The position numbers were made by a program, and so were the translations under genes. This document shows positions 1-8,837 of a DNA stretch of 32,000 nt, piece by piece; position 1 is the stretch's first letter, and each line of letters opens with the position of its first letter. This stretch comes from Prochlorococcus sp. MIT 0801. GTDB taxonomy: Bacteria > Cyanobacteriota > Cyanobacteriia > PCC-6307 > Cyanobiaceae. The stretch spans positions 660,001-692,000 of the forward strand of contig NZ_CP007754.1 of NCBI RefSeq assembly GCF_000757865.1, in the 5' to 3' direction. A model generated the notes under the pieces. It worked only from the letters and a program-made list of their open reading frames with translations, had not been told where the DNA came from and did no database searches.

Positions 1-1
1 A

Positions 2-307
2 GAAGGAGCAATTTTATCAATTTATGACCCTAAGGTTTCATTTGAGAGAATAGAGGAAGATTTTGAAAAAATTTCATTTGATAATCAAGGTATTTGGAAA
101 GTGGCCCATTCCATTCCAGAAGCATTGAAAAATGTTGATGCAGTTTTAATTCTTACTGCATGGGATGAATTCTATGGACTTGATTGGAATTATTTAGCTT
201 CTTTAATGAGATCACCAGCTTGGGTTTTTGATACAAGATCTGTTGTTAATCGACAAGAAATTGATAATACAGGTCTAAATCTGTGGAGACTGGGTGAGGG
301 GAACTAA
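2..307 (+). CDS. UDP-glucose/GDP-mannose 6-dehydrogenase family, C-terminal part (5' end lies outside the window)
   Basis: The frame is open from position 2 with no stop before 305..307. The translation EGAILSIYDPKVSFERIEEDFEKI...DAVLILTAWDEFYGLDWNYLASLMRSPAWVFDTRSVV resembles the UDP-binding C-terminal domain of UDP-glucose dehydrogenases. The GTG at 101 in the ORF track is probably internal. Confidence 0.7.
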   Translation, partial: EGAILSIYDPKVSFERIEEDFEKISFDNQGIWKVAHSIPEALKNVDAVLILTAWDEFYGLDWNYLASLMRSPAWVFDTRSVVNRQEIDNTGLNLWRLGEGN

Positions 308-401
308 AATATCTTCATAAAAAAATAATACGCCTATAATTGGTGCTTAAATAAATCAAATTGATTTAAAGTGTTTTATTAATTTAATTTTAGAAAAAAT
401 A

Positions 402-656
402 ATGCTCTTTAAATTTCTTTTCAAAAAGAAGAAGAAGAAAAAACTTCAAGAACAATCAGAACAAAAATTTGATATGAATAATTGGATGAACTTATCAAAG
501 GAAGAGAGACTTGAAATAGATTTTAATGAAAAGAATATAATAATGAGAAAGAAAAAGGCACTGTTAAAATCAATCAGAGAAGAATATTTAAAAATAAAAA
601 ATAAAGAACAAAAAATATCTAAGAGTCAAAAAAATTCTAAAAAAGTTATTTATTAG
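402..656 (+). CDS. Hypothetical lysine-rich small protein (84 aa)
   Basis: ATG-initiated ORF. The product is very K/E-rich and low-complexity, with a K7 run encoded by AAG/AAA repeats at about 427..447. I recognise no domain. In this AT-rich DNA it could be a chance ORF. Confidence 0.3.
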   Translation: MLFKFLFKKKKKKKLQEQSEQKFDMNNWMNLSKEERLEIDFNEKNIIMRKKKALLKSIREEYLKIKNKEQKISKSQKNSKKVIY

Positions 657-683
657 AAAAGTTTCAATGAATTATTTGATTTT

Positions 684-1022
684 ATGATTTGGCCTCCAGT
701 AAAAGCTTGGACTAGTAAGATTAATCTTAATGGCCAACTTCATTTCGTAGCAATTAATTATGGTGGCGAATTGCTAAAAAGATGGGTCCTTTTGATGTCT
801 GTACTTGACTCGACTGTGGTTGTAAAAGTTCCGTGGTCGCAGTTAGTTGATTTATCTAAGTGGGAAGCTGGATGGGATGAAATAAATCATAGAGTTTCTT
901 CTAAATTAGTAAATAATAAAAGTGATATAAAAACTACTAACTTTTCTCTACCATCTATTGATTCTGGTTTAACAATACCTATAAGTAAAAAGACTATTAG
1001 GCCTTGGTTTGAAAAGAGTTAA
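684..1022 (+). CDS. Hypothetical protein (112 aa)
   Basis: ATG ORF with non-repetitive, W-rich, globular-looking composition (KVPWSQLVDLSKWEAGWDEINH). GC is locally higher than the flanking spacers. No recognisable family. Confidence 0.5.
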   Translation: MIWPPVKAWTSKINLNGQLHFVAINYGGELLKRWVLLMSVLDSTVVVKVPWSQLVDLSKWEAGWDEINHRVSSKLVNNKSDIKTTNFSLPSIDSGLTIPISKKTIRPWFEKS

Positions 1023-1153
1023 AGTAATATTTTATATACGACTCGAATGCAATCTAAGTATATTTTTATTATTACTTGCTTTCCCAGCTTAAATCTTTGG
1101 GCTTTTTTTGGCGGACTTTTTACGCTAAAAAAAAGATACTTGTTTGTTCAAGA

Positions 1154-1396
1154 ATGATAGAAGCATCAATGTGGTTATCAGAAAAAGAAGCTAGTGAGGT
1201 TTTGAGAGTAAATGAACAATCTTTAGAGTTGATGAGAGAAAGGGGATATTTAAAGCCAGGAATTCACTGGAGAAGTTCAAATGATCCTAAACAATTGCCA
1301 TGGAAGCCAAAAGTCTTTTATTCTTTAAGGGGATGTAAGGAAGTTATTGAATATTGGCAGAACAATGATGATTCTTGTGCGCAAAGAGCAGCCTAA
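1154..1396 (+). CDS. Small putative DNA-binding protein (excisionase/MerR-like helix-turn-helix), 80 aa from the first ATG
   Basis: The track ORF 1076..1396 starts at TTG. The first ATG is at 1154 (MIEASMWLSEKEASEVLRVNEQSLELMRERGYLKPGIHW). The pattern 'L-S-x-x-E-A-S-x-x-L-x-V-x-x-x-S-L-x-x-x-x-x-x-G' resembles HTH_17-type motifs. The start codon is uncertain. Confidence 0.45.
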   Translation: MIEASMWLSEKEASEVLRVNEQSLELMRERGYLKPGIHWRSSNDPKQLPWKPKVFYSLRGCKEVIEYWQNNDDSCAQRAA

Positions 1397-1443
1397 AGAA
1401 AAACAAAGAATTTTTGTAGATTTGATATTTAAGAATTGCCCTT

Positions 1444-1608
1444 TTAAGCTACTAAATTCTCACCTTTACAATCATTGATCGAAGTCTCCAAAATTGGATA
1501 AAGAGAAATCATTTTTCCGTATTCAGGCGATGTTCTATAAACATTCGCTTTTTTTCGATAGTGATCTTCTGTCTCCATCTCTAGACGATTAAGTCGATTG
1601 AAGTTCAT
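1444..1608 (-). CDS. Possible small protein (54 aa), below the ORF-track length cutoff
   Basis: Hand translation of the minus strand gives ATG at 1608..1606 and TAA at 1446..1444. The product is MNFNRLNRLEMETEDHYRKKANVYRTSPEYGKMISLYPILETSINDCKGENLVA. Its composition is non-repetitive and its GC is higher than the neighbouring spacer. No homology can be asserted. Confidence 0.3.
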   Translation of the reverse strand: MNFNRLNRLEMETEDHYRKKANVYRTSPEYGKMISLYPILETSINDCKGENLVA

Positions 1609-1981
1609 GATTCATTATCCAAAAGGATTTATTTACTTATTAGTTGTAAATAAAGAGACCAAATTAATCTTTTATATTAATTACATATTTGCATGTATTT
1701 ATATGGATTCTGGGACTTGATTGGTCTCGAATGCCTGATATAAAATTATTTTATGTATCAATTAATTCTTTAATTAATAAGTCTTGGTTCTGCAATTCGC
1801 TTGATTATTTTATTATGAGTCCTTGGCTGTCTGTTTTGTATTGTTTAAAACCTGCTTTTTTTGATATTTTTTTATTTCATCGGATTTAAATAATAAAAAA
1901 AATTTACAGATTCTTTCTGTTGCATGAGTATTCGATGAAATTGAAGTATTCTCTGTTCGGTTTTGAAAAATAGAACTTCTA

Positions 1982-3034
1982 ATGCAGACCTATGGAAATT
2001 CAGCCGTCACCTACGGGTGGTGGGCTGGCAACTCAGGGGTCACCAACCGTTCAGGCAAATTTATTGCTGCTCATGCCGCTCATACCGGTTTGATTGCTTT
2101 CTGGGCTGGTGCCTTCACGTTATTTGAATTGGCTCGATTTGACCCTTCCGTACCAATGGGTCATCAGCCTTTAATTGCCCTTCCTCATTTAGCAGCTTTG
2201 GGTATTGGTTTCGATGAAACTGGAGCCTTTGTTGGTGGAAGTGCGGTTGTTGCAGTTGCTGTCTGTCATCTAGTTGGATCCATGGCTTATGGGGCAGGTG
2301 GATTGATGCACTCTCTTCTTTTCTCTAGTGACATGCAGGAATCTTCTGTGCCACAGGCCAGAAAATTCAAGCTTGAATGGGACAACCCAGATAACCAGAC
2401 TTTCATCCTTGGACATCATTTGATTTTCTTTGGTGTTGCATGTATTTGGTTTGTTGAATGGGCGCGGATACATGGGATTTACGATCCTGCTATTGGTGCT
2501 ATTCGTCAGGTTGAATACGACCTTAACTTGAGTCATATCTGGGATCATCAGTTTGACTTCCTAACTATTGACAGCTTGGAAGATGTTATGGGAGGTCATG
2601 CTTTCTTGGCTTTCTTAGAAATAACTGGTGGTGCTTTCCATATCGCTACTAAGCAAGTTGGAGAATATACGAAGTTCAAAGGAGCTGGGCTTCTTTCAGC
2701 AGAAGCTATTCTTTCTTGGTCACTAGCTGGTATTGGCTGGATGGCAGTTGTCGCAGCATTCTGGAGTGCAACAAATACCACTGTTTACCCTGTTGAATGG
2801 TTTGGAGAACCACTAGCACTTAAATTTGGAATCTCTCCTTATTGGATCGATACTGTGGACCTTCCAAATGGTGCTCATACTTCTCGAGCTTGGCTAGCTA
2901 ATGTTCATTACTACTTTGGATTCTTCTTTATTCAAGGTCACCTATGGCATGCTCTTAGGGCAATGGGATTCGATTTCAAACGAGTGACAAATGCCTTAAG
3001 TAATCTTGATACTGCTTCAGTATCTTTAAAATAG
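1982..3034 (+). CDS. pcb: Divinyl-chlorophyll a/b-binding light-harvesting antenna protein Pcb (CP43/IsiA family)
   Basis: MQTYGNSAVTYGWWAGNSGVTNRSGKFIAAHAAHTGLIAFWAGAFTLFELARFDP... is the hallmark N-terminus of Prochlorococcus Pcb proteins. The product is 350 aa with six predicted helices and conserved His ligands. GC and codon bias are markedly higher than in neighbouring genes, consistent with very high expression. Confidence 0.97.
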   Translation: MQTYGNSAVTYGWWAGNSGVTNRSGKFIAAHAAHTGLIAFWAGAFTLFELARFDPSVPMGHQPLIALPHLAALGIGFDETGAFVGGSAVVAVAVCHLVGSMAYGAGGLMHSLLFSSDMQESSVPQARKFKLEWDNPDNQTFILGHHLIFFGVACIWFVEWARIHGIYDPAIGAIRQVEYDLNLSHIWDHQFDFLTIDSLEDVMGGHAFLAFLEITGGAFHIATKQVGEYTKFKGAGLLSAEAILSWSLAGIGWMAVVAAFWSATNTTVYPVEWFGEPLALKFGISPYWIDTVDLPNGAHTSRAWLANVHYYFGFFFIQGHLWHALRAMGFDFKRVTNALSNLDTASVSLK

Positions 3035-3054
3035 TTAAATAAATTTAACTTAAT

Positions 3055-3085
3055 AAAAAAGCCCCACATGCTTGGGGCTTTTTTA
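3055..3085 (+). terminator. Rho-independent terminator of pcb
   Basis: The stem GCCCCA (3061..3066) pairs with TGGGGC (3073..3078) around a 6-nt loop. It is extended by A6 (3055..3060) pairing with T6 (3079..3084), followed by a T-tract. It lies 21 nt after the pcb stop codon. Confidence 0.85.
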
Positions 3086-3127
3086 TTGGGTTCTATTTAT
3101 CAATGGCTCAATTCTTTCAATAATAAT

Positions 3128-3189
3128 TAACCATATTTCTTATTAGTTTAAAATTTAAAAAAATATTAAACTAATAAGAAATATGGTTA
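3128..3189. repeat. Perfect 24-bp inverted repeat (hairpin/palindrome) with a 14-nt spacer
   Basis: Arm 1 (3128..3151, TAACCATATTTCTTATTAGTTTAA) is the exact reverse complement of arm 2 (3166..3189). I checked every base pair by hand. It lies in the 304-bp spacer between pcb and the gltS-like gene, 43 nt beyond the pcb terminator. Confidence 0.95.
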
Positions 3190-3338
3190 TGGTTTGATCG
3201 CATATTTACTAATAATTAAAGCTAATTAAATGATTTGATTGAGATATGATAAGAAACAAAATTACTTTAGATGTTAAATATTCAAATGGGATATTATTTT
3301 TTAGGGATTTTCATTTACTTCCGTAAGCTTGTTAATAG

Positions 3339-4724
3339 ATGAGTTTGTCGTTTTTAGGTTTGGAAGACCTATATAAAATTAATGCAATCCCGACGTTGGT
3401 CCTTTCTTTGGGTTTGCTTGGACTGATAGGAATTCTTCTAACCCTTGGTAGAAGATTGGATTCCGCGATGAAGTTGGAAAGATTTGGTATTCCCATAGCC
3501 CTTTTAATTGGAGCTTTAGGTTTTTTAATTGGTCCTTATGGACCTCTTTCTTTATTACCAGAAAGGGTTCTGAATACTTGGATGCAATTACCAACTCCAT
3601 TGCTCACTTTAGTCTTTGCGACCTTAATGCTAGGAAGACCTATTCCAAGAATTAGTGCTTTATGGAAACCAGTTGCCTCGCAGGCATTACTTGGACTTTT
3701 ATTAGGCTTTGGTCAATATGTTGTTGGTGGGATAATTGTGCTGTCATTTCTGCTTCCTTTTTTAGGAGTAGATCCACTGATGGGATGCATTATTGAAGTT
3801 GGTTTTGAAGGAGGACATGGAGCTGCGGCAATAATGGGAGAAAGTTTTATGAAATTAGGCTTTCCTGAGGGATTAGACCTGGGCTTTGCAATGGCAACTG
3901 TAGGGTTACTTGCTTCTACATTGTTAGGGAGCGGCTTGGTTGTCCTAGGTAGGTTTTTTGGATGGCTTGTGACTACTGAACAAGAGCCCCCAAATGATTT
4001 AAATTATATTGAATTAGAAATTAAACCAATTGAACAACTTAAGTCGCTTTTATATAATTTTGCTCTACTAGGATTAGCGGTATTGATTGGAATCTTTTTT
4101 CTTTATTGTTTGAGGCTATCTTCTACTTTTTTTAGTGATATAAGTAAGCAGGTGATATTAGCTTTCCCAGTATTTCCATTGGCTTTGATGGGTTCATTTT
4201 TAGTTAGATTTTTATTGGAAAAAACCGGAAAGACTAAATTAGTATCATCACTTTTTCAACGTGAGATTGGTATACTTTCAACCGATTTACTTATAATTAC
4301 CGCCATGGCTGGATTGAATTTACCTTTATTAGTTAACTACTGGGTTCCTATAACCATTTTAGCCATTGGTGGATTGATTTGGAATCTTGTAGGGATGTTG
4401 ATTTTTTCTAGATTATTTTTTAGAGAAGAATGGTTTGTAAGAGCAATAGCAGAGTTTGGAAATTCAACGGGAGTTGCAGCCAGTGGACTATTACTTTTGA
4501 GATTGGCTGATCCTAGAAATTCTACTAATACGTTACCTGTGTTTTCTATTAAGCAATTATTTCTTCAACCACTTCTTTCTGGAGGTCTGATTACTGTAAT
4601 AGCGCCTTTGTTTATCAGTAATTTTGGGCTTAAAGGGTGGACAGAATTTTGTGGATTAATTTCATTGTCTTTATGTGTAGTAGCAATATCTCTACAGTCA
4701 AAATATACAAAAGCTTCAGCATAA
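3339..4724 (+). CDS. gltS: Sodium/glutamate symporter, GltS (ESS) family
   Basis: 461-aa polytopic membrane protein. The motif IIEVGFEGGHGAAAIMGESF and the overall two-repeat hydrophobic architecture are typical of GltS-type Na+:glutamate symporters (TC 2.A.27). Confidence 0.8.
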   Translation: MSLSFLGLEDLYKINAIPTLVLSLGLLGLIGILLTLGRRLDSAMKLERFGIPIALLIGALGFLIGPYGPLSLLPERVLNTWMQLPTPLLTLVFATLMLGRPIPRISALWKPVASQALLGLLLGFGQYVVGGIIVLSFLLPFLGVDPLMGCIIEVGFEGGHGAAAIMGESFMKLGFPEGLDLGFAMATVGLLASTLLGSGLVVLGRFFGWLVTTEQEPPNDLNYIELEIKPIEQLKSLLYNFALLGLAVLIGIFFLYCLRLSSTFFSDISKQVILAFPVFPLALMGSFLVRFLLEKTGKTKLVSSLFQREIGILSTDLLIITAMAGLNLPLLVNYWVPITILAIGGLIWNLVGMLIFSRLFFREEWFVRAIAEFGNSTGVAASGLLLLRLADPRNSTNTLPVFSIKQLFLQPLLSGGLITVIAPLFISNFGLKGWTEFCGLISLSLCVVAISLQSKYTKASA

Positions 4725-4795
4725 TAATTAATGAACTTAACTAAAGTTATAATTTATAGAAATATAAGTTTTAATAAACTATTTCCCTCCTTTAT

Positions 4796-5053
4796 ATGAA
4801 TCGACAAAATTACAAAGATATTCCCCCTCAAGAATCAAAAGAAAAATGGTTTAAAAGTCATCTGCTTGGGAAAGAGGTTGAATTAAGAGAACTCTATGAG
4901 TTGCCTCAGGATCAGTTGGATTTAGTGATGGCAGAGACTGCAGAGTTTAGGAGCGATATAGGAAATAGAGATAGAAATCTAGGTAAATTTTGTACAGCTG
5001 GTTATTTTTTAGAGTTATCAAGAATCATTGACAAAAGAAGGGCCTCAGAATGA
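4796..5053 (+). CDS. Hypothetical protein (85 aa)
   Basis: ATG ORF with hydrophilic, non-repetitive composition. No recognisable domain. Confidence 0.45.
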   Translation: MNRQNYKDIPPQESKEKWFKSHLLGKEVELRELYELPQDQLDLVMAETAEFRSDIGNRDRNLGKFCTAGYFLELSRIIDKRRASE

Positions 5054-5065
5054 TTTTCTGCTCTA

Positions 5066-5737
5066 TTATCCAAAAAATAGAGGTTCATTTTTCTTGCTCC
5101 ATGTTTCATTCTTTTTCATAACTATTGGATATTTCTCATGCGTAAAAAAATAATTTAACCAACAACGTAAATAATGAATTTCATTGTTTTGATCAAACTT
5201 TCTTATGTCAGCTATTCTAAATTGCCTTACAAATGGCCAGATAGCCCAATCAGCTAAGCTTTCTTTTGCATCAACAAGAAATAGAGCTTTTCCTTGGTTT
5301 GAAAATTCTTTTAATCTGTTATTTAAAGATAAAAGTATTTTCATAGCTTCAGAACGATGAGTTTCTGATTCTTCAATATTAAATCTAGATGCATATTTAA
5401 ATCGATCCAAATGATATTTAAATGCTTTATCATTTATTTCTATAAGACTCAATATTTGTTTTGAAATATCATTATCACTACCACAACCAAATAATCCATT
5501 CATATTCGATTTTTTGATACTCCATATCATTATTTCTAGACTTTCATCAATTACTTTATTTAAACTAGTTTTTAGTACAGGTACAGTTGCTTTTTTAGAA
5601 ATTTGAATTAATTCAATAGGCTTGTTCTTTAGTTCGACCTCTCTTAACTCTACTATTTGATTTGTGTTTAATAAAGCCCATCTAGCTCTAATTGCGTAGG
5701 GACATCGTCTAAAACTATATAGAATATTGTGCTTCAT
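5066..5737 (-). CDS. Glutathione S-transferase-like protein (thioredoxin-fold N-terminal domain)
   Basis: The N-terminus LYSFRRCPYAIRARWALL...VELREVELKNKP...SKKATVPVL matches the GST N-terminal/glutaredoxin-2-like pattern (Cys-Pro-Tyr, cis-Pro 'TVPVL'). The C-terminal half is helical. Confidence 0.65.
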   Translation of the reverse strand: MKHNILYSFRRCPYAIRARWALLNTNQIVELREVELKNKPIELIQISKKATVPVLKTSLNKVIDESLEIMIWSIKKSNMNGLFGCGSDNDISKQILSLIEINDKAFKYHLDRFKYASRFNIEESETHRSEAMKILLSLNNRLKEFSNQGKALFLVDAKESLADWAIWPFVRQFRIADIRKFDQNNEIHYLRCWLNYFFTHEKYPIVMKKNETWSKKNEPLFFG

Positions 5738-5906
5738 AATTTTCCTGTTAAAATCATATTGTCAATTATATCTATAGATGATTAGTCAATCTTAGAGGTC
5801 AAAATAGAAGATGCTTCACAAGTATATTCTTTATGGTTTCCTTTGCAAATTACATTTTACTATTAAAATATATTCAATTCGCTTCATTTTTCAAGAAAAT
5901 TAAATT

Positions 5907-6467
5907 ATGTCAGGATTTGTTTATTTAATGAAAAATGGTGATTTATATAAACTTGGATGTACCACTAATTTGAATAGTGAGGCGACTAAAATGAAACCAG
6001 GTGAAATAATTTCTTCTTTCAAAACTAATGATCCAAAATCTTTTGAAGTAAGATTGCTAAGGCTTTATAAGAAAAAAAGAATTCCCGATACCAACTATTT
6101 TCGTCTATCTGAATCAGAAGTTAATAATTGTAAAAAACATTTAGAAGGCAAAAGTAATTTTCCAAAAAGCTTAAATGATGAGTTAAGAATTGGATTAAAT
6201 GGATCTTTGTTTTTCGCTGCTATAACTTTTCTTATTTCATTCCTTATTAATAAGATGTTTATATTTAGTTTTTCTCTGTCAATATTATTTTCCTCTTTCC
6301 CTATGTGGTCGCTTGCAATTCTTGGTAGTTTTGGAGGCTATGATGCTGATGATCTTACACTTTTCTCGACATTTTCTAATAGATTTAAAGGTCTTTTGAT
6401 AGCTATCTCCATGATTTCAGTTTCATATGTTCTATATACCTTTTCTCGCTTTGTAATTACCTTTTAA
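5907..6467 (+). CDS. Membrane-anchored T5orf172/MUG113 (GIY-YIG-like) domain protein
   Basis: The N-terminus GFVYLMKNGDLYKLGCTTNLNSE...EVRLLRLYKKKRIPDTNYFRLSESEV fits the T5orf172 pattern (G-x-V-Y-hh...YKIG-T, later E...h...F...r....EWF-l). The C-terminal ~85 aa form about 3 hydrophobic helices. Confidence 0.55.
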   Translation: MSGFVYLMKNGDLYKLGCTTNLNSEATKMKPGEIISSFKTNDPKSFEVRLLRLYKKKRIPDTNYFRLSESEVNNCKKHLEGKSNFPKSLNDELRIGLNGSLFFAAITFLISFLINKMFIFSFSLSILFSSFPMWSLAILGSFGGYDADDLTLFSTFSNRFKGLLIAISMISVSYVLYTFSRFVITF

Positions 6468-6565
6468 TCTAGGCAATTATTTTTATTTATATAATTTATA
6501 AATTCTTGCTCAATTATCAAATTGTCGCTATAAATATATTTAATAGGTAATGAAATTTAGAAAGT

Positions 6566-6820
6566 ATGAACGTTTCTGATTATCTTCAATTTTTAGAACC
6601 AATACAAGAACAGCTAAATAAGGTTTACTCGATCGCTTCGTTGGTTCTTACAGTATTGGTTTGTTTATGGCTCTTTAATTTTATAGTTGGTCTCATTCAA
6701 AGAACATATTCAGTAGGTAAAGCAATAGGAGGTTTTTATAGAAACTATTTTCATAAGTATCTCCGTAAGGCAATTCTGGGAGTGTTGAATACATTTAAGA
6801 AAACTACTAATCCTATTTAA
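6566..6820 (+). CDS. Hypothetical small membrane protein (84 aa)
   Basis: ATG ORF with one clear transmembrane segment (IASLVLTVLVCLWLFNFIVGLI) followed by a basic tail. No family recognised. Confidence 0.4.
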   Translation: MNVSDYLQFLEPIQEQLNKVYSIASLVLTVLVCLWLFNFIVGLIQRTYSVGKAIGGFYRNYFHKYLRKAILGVLNTFKKTTNPI

Positions 6821-6837
6821 AAAAAAATAAGACTTCT

Positions 6838-7554
6838 CTAATAAATGCTTGTTTCAAGTTGACAATTTAGTGCGATTTCAAAAGGAATAGAACTGTTTGG
6901 TAAATCAAGTAAATTGGAGCAAATACTTGCAATATCATTTGCTTGTGTCATATTTTTTTTGGGAAAATGTTTTATTTCTTTTGCCATATCTGTATTTACC
7001 CAGCCTGGGCAAATAGCTGTAACTCTAATACCTTTTTCCCATCCTTCATTTCTCATGGATTGGCATAAGCTCATTAAAGCAAATTTACTCATAGAATAGC
7101 CAGTCAAGTTACCTTTTGATCGTTTTCCACTCATTGATGCCAATACAATAATTCGTGCTGAATTGCTTAGAGATAAATACTTCCAAGCATGTTTTGTTAG
7201 TATCCATGGTCCCATCACATTAACTTTCCATAGATCTTCAATATCTTTCATTTCATTATCATTAAATAATAGATTTGTTCTTTTGAATATCCCAGCGCAA
7301 TGAATAATAGTATCAATACTTTTAAAAGTTTCGAATGTTTTATCTACCCATTTCTTTGATGAATTTTTATCAATTGCCTCATAGTTGTGAACCAAAAAAC
7401 TATCTGAATTGTTTTTTTTGGGATCTAAGGGTGTATTGAATAAATCTCCTTTTTCTCTTACCCCTAAGCTTAATGAATGTCCTTCTTTAAGTAATTTTAA
7501 TGCTATCGCTTTACCTATACCTCTACTTGCTCCACTTATAAGTATTTTTCTCAT
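6838..7554 (-). CDS. Short-chain dehydrogenase/reductase (classical SDR)
   Basis: Cofactor motif ILISGASRGIGKAIA, NAG-like segment HCAGI, and catalytic S...YSMSK (YxxxK). Its ATG (7554..7552) overlaps the TGA of the upstream lycopene cyclase (7553..7551) in an ATGA arrangement. Confidence 0.85.
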   Translation of the reverse strand: MRKILISGASRGIGKAIALKLLKEGHSLSLGVREKGDLFNTPLDPKKNNSDSFLVHNYEAIDKNSSKKWVDKTFETFKSIDTIIHCAGIFKRTNLLFNDNEMKDIEDLWKVNVMGPWILTKHAWKYLSLSNSARIIVLASMSGKRSKGNLTGYSMSKFALMSLCQSMRNEGWEKGIRVTAICPGWVNTDMAKEIKHFPKKNMTQANDIASICSNLLDLPNSSIPFEIALNCQLETSIY

Positions 7555-8837
7555 TTATTATTAACTAGTAATGCTTTAAATAATAAATTTAATTCTCTGC
7601 CATGCATATTCATTAAGCCTTGTTTGATAGTCCACGGTGATTTCCTAAACATCTTCCACATTGCGGATATTAGTTCTTTAAGGCTAAGAGTATTTGTAAG
7701 GAATCCATACCATTGTTTATTAGGTAAACTGAAAAACTCTATAAAAAATCCTCTTAGCAACTTCTCTTCGAAGCGCATCAATTTTTCTAATCCAAATTTA
7801 TAAATAGCTTGTTTCCTTCTGAGCTCTGATGGCCATAAGGTTTGCCAACCTTTCTTTGCTAATGAAGCTGAGGATGCTTTTGGGTCTTTCATTGCTAATG
7901 AAAGGGCTTTGGCAACTTTAGGAGCTCTCCTTAAAAGGCTGCCAACCATGTATCCAGATGCAGGATGTACCATCCCAGCAGAACCGCCAAATCCAAGGAC
8001 CGGCTGTGTTAGGTCGGGGATAGGCATGTTCATTGGCAGATATGAACCATGCTCTTCATGATCAAGACTTTTTATTTCTAAACCCCGAGTCTCTAATCTT
8101 TTTTCCAGTCTTCTTTTTAACTCATTAAGAGATACTGGAGGAAATAGACCCAAGGATGTTTCTTCTAAGAAAAACTTTCCATTTCCCATGTCCATAGCGT
8201 ATAAAAATGTTGGAGCTTCTTTTCTCTCCTCTGTATTCAAGTGGTCGCAACGATAATCCATTAAAACAAATTGGCCTTTCTCGACAGGTGGTGAACTGAA
8301 CTCCCCTACGATTCCGTAACAAGTTTGAACGGCTACTGGTCCTTGGTTAGGAGACTTAATAAAAACAGGTTTGTAGCCAGTTGCGTCAATTACTACCCGA
8401 GCATTCAGTTCTTTTCCATTAGAAGTTTTAACTGTGCTGGTTAATTGATTTGTTTCTAAGTTGACTGCTGATCCTTTATGCCATTTTATTTGAGCATTAT
8501 TGCATTGTTCTAACCAATAAGCTTGTAATTTATTTTTATCAAAAAGTCCATAATCTCTATTGTGTTTGGTGATTTCATTCTTTTTAGAATTAGGATCCTT
8601 GTCTCCCTCCCCAAAATAACTAATGGTATTTACCCATCTATGTTCAAGTAAATGACTTAGCCCAAGTTCGTCAACTTCTTCACCCCAAATCCCATACGTG
8701 AAGGGCCAAGGTTCATCTGGCGATTGTTCCGATAAGATTTCAACATCTAAGTTCTCAATCGCTAAAGCTGCCGCTATTGATAAAGCGCCTGGGCCTGACC
8801 CAAGTACTAGAGCATCTTTTAATGCACTAGTATTCAT
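7551..8837 (-). CDS. crtL: Lycopene cyclase, CrtL family (the context suggests the epsilon-type paralog crtL-e/crtL2, but the subtype is not determinable by eye)
   Basis: N-terminal FAD/NAD dinucleotide fold DALVLGSGPGALSIAAALA, 428 aa, with conserved cyanobacterial/plant CrtL blocks (VIDATG, FLYAMD, GFGGSAGMVHPASGY). Confidence 0.85.
   Translation of the reverse strand: MNTSALKDALVLGSGPGALSIAAALAIENLDVEILSEQSPDEPWPFTYGIWGEEVDELGLSHLLEHRWVNTISYFGEGDKDPNSKKNEITKHNRDYGLFDKNKLQAYWLEQCNNAQIKWHKGSAVNLETNQLTSTVKTSNGKELNARVVIDATGYKPVFIKSPNQGPVAVQTCYGIVGEFSSPPVEKGQFVLMDYRCDHLNTEERKEAPTFLYAMDMGNGKFFLEETSLGLFPPVSLNELKRRLEKRLETRGLEIKSLDHEEHGSYLPMNMPIPDLTQPVLGFGGSAGMVHPASGYMVGSLLRRAPKVAKALSLAMKDPKASSASLAKKGWQTLWPSELRRKQAIYKFGLEKLMRFEEKLLRGFFIEFFSLPNKQWYGFLTNTLSLKELISAMWKMFRKSPWTIKQGLMNMHGRELNLLFKALLVNNK

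Noticed and set aside
402-656. Lys-rich ORF with an AAG/AAA run as a possible programmed-frameshift or slippery site
   Set aside because: No alternative frame opens into a longer ORF after the A-rich run. The whole ORF is low-complexity and may not be coding at all.
1689-1889. 66-aa plus-strand ORF upstream of pcb
   Set aside because: It has an extremely AT-rich, Phe/Ile/Leu-dominated low-complexity translation. It lies in the pcb promoter/5' region and has no recognisable ribosome-binding context or domain. It is most likely a chance ORF.
2270-2781. Two antisense ORFs (92 aa and 61 aa) inside pcb
   Set aside because: They lie wholly within the confidently identified pcb CDS on the opposite strand. 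The elevated GC of pcb lowers stop-codon frequency in the antisense frames. Their translations have no protein-like features.
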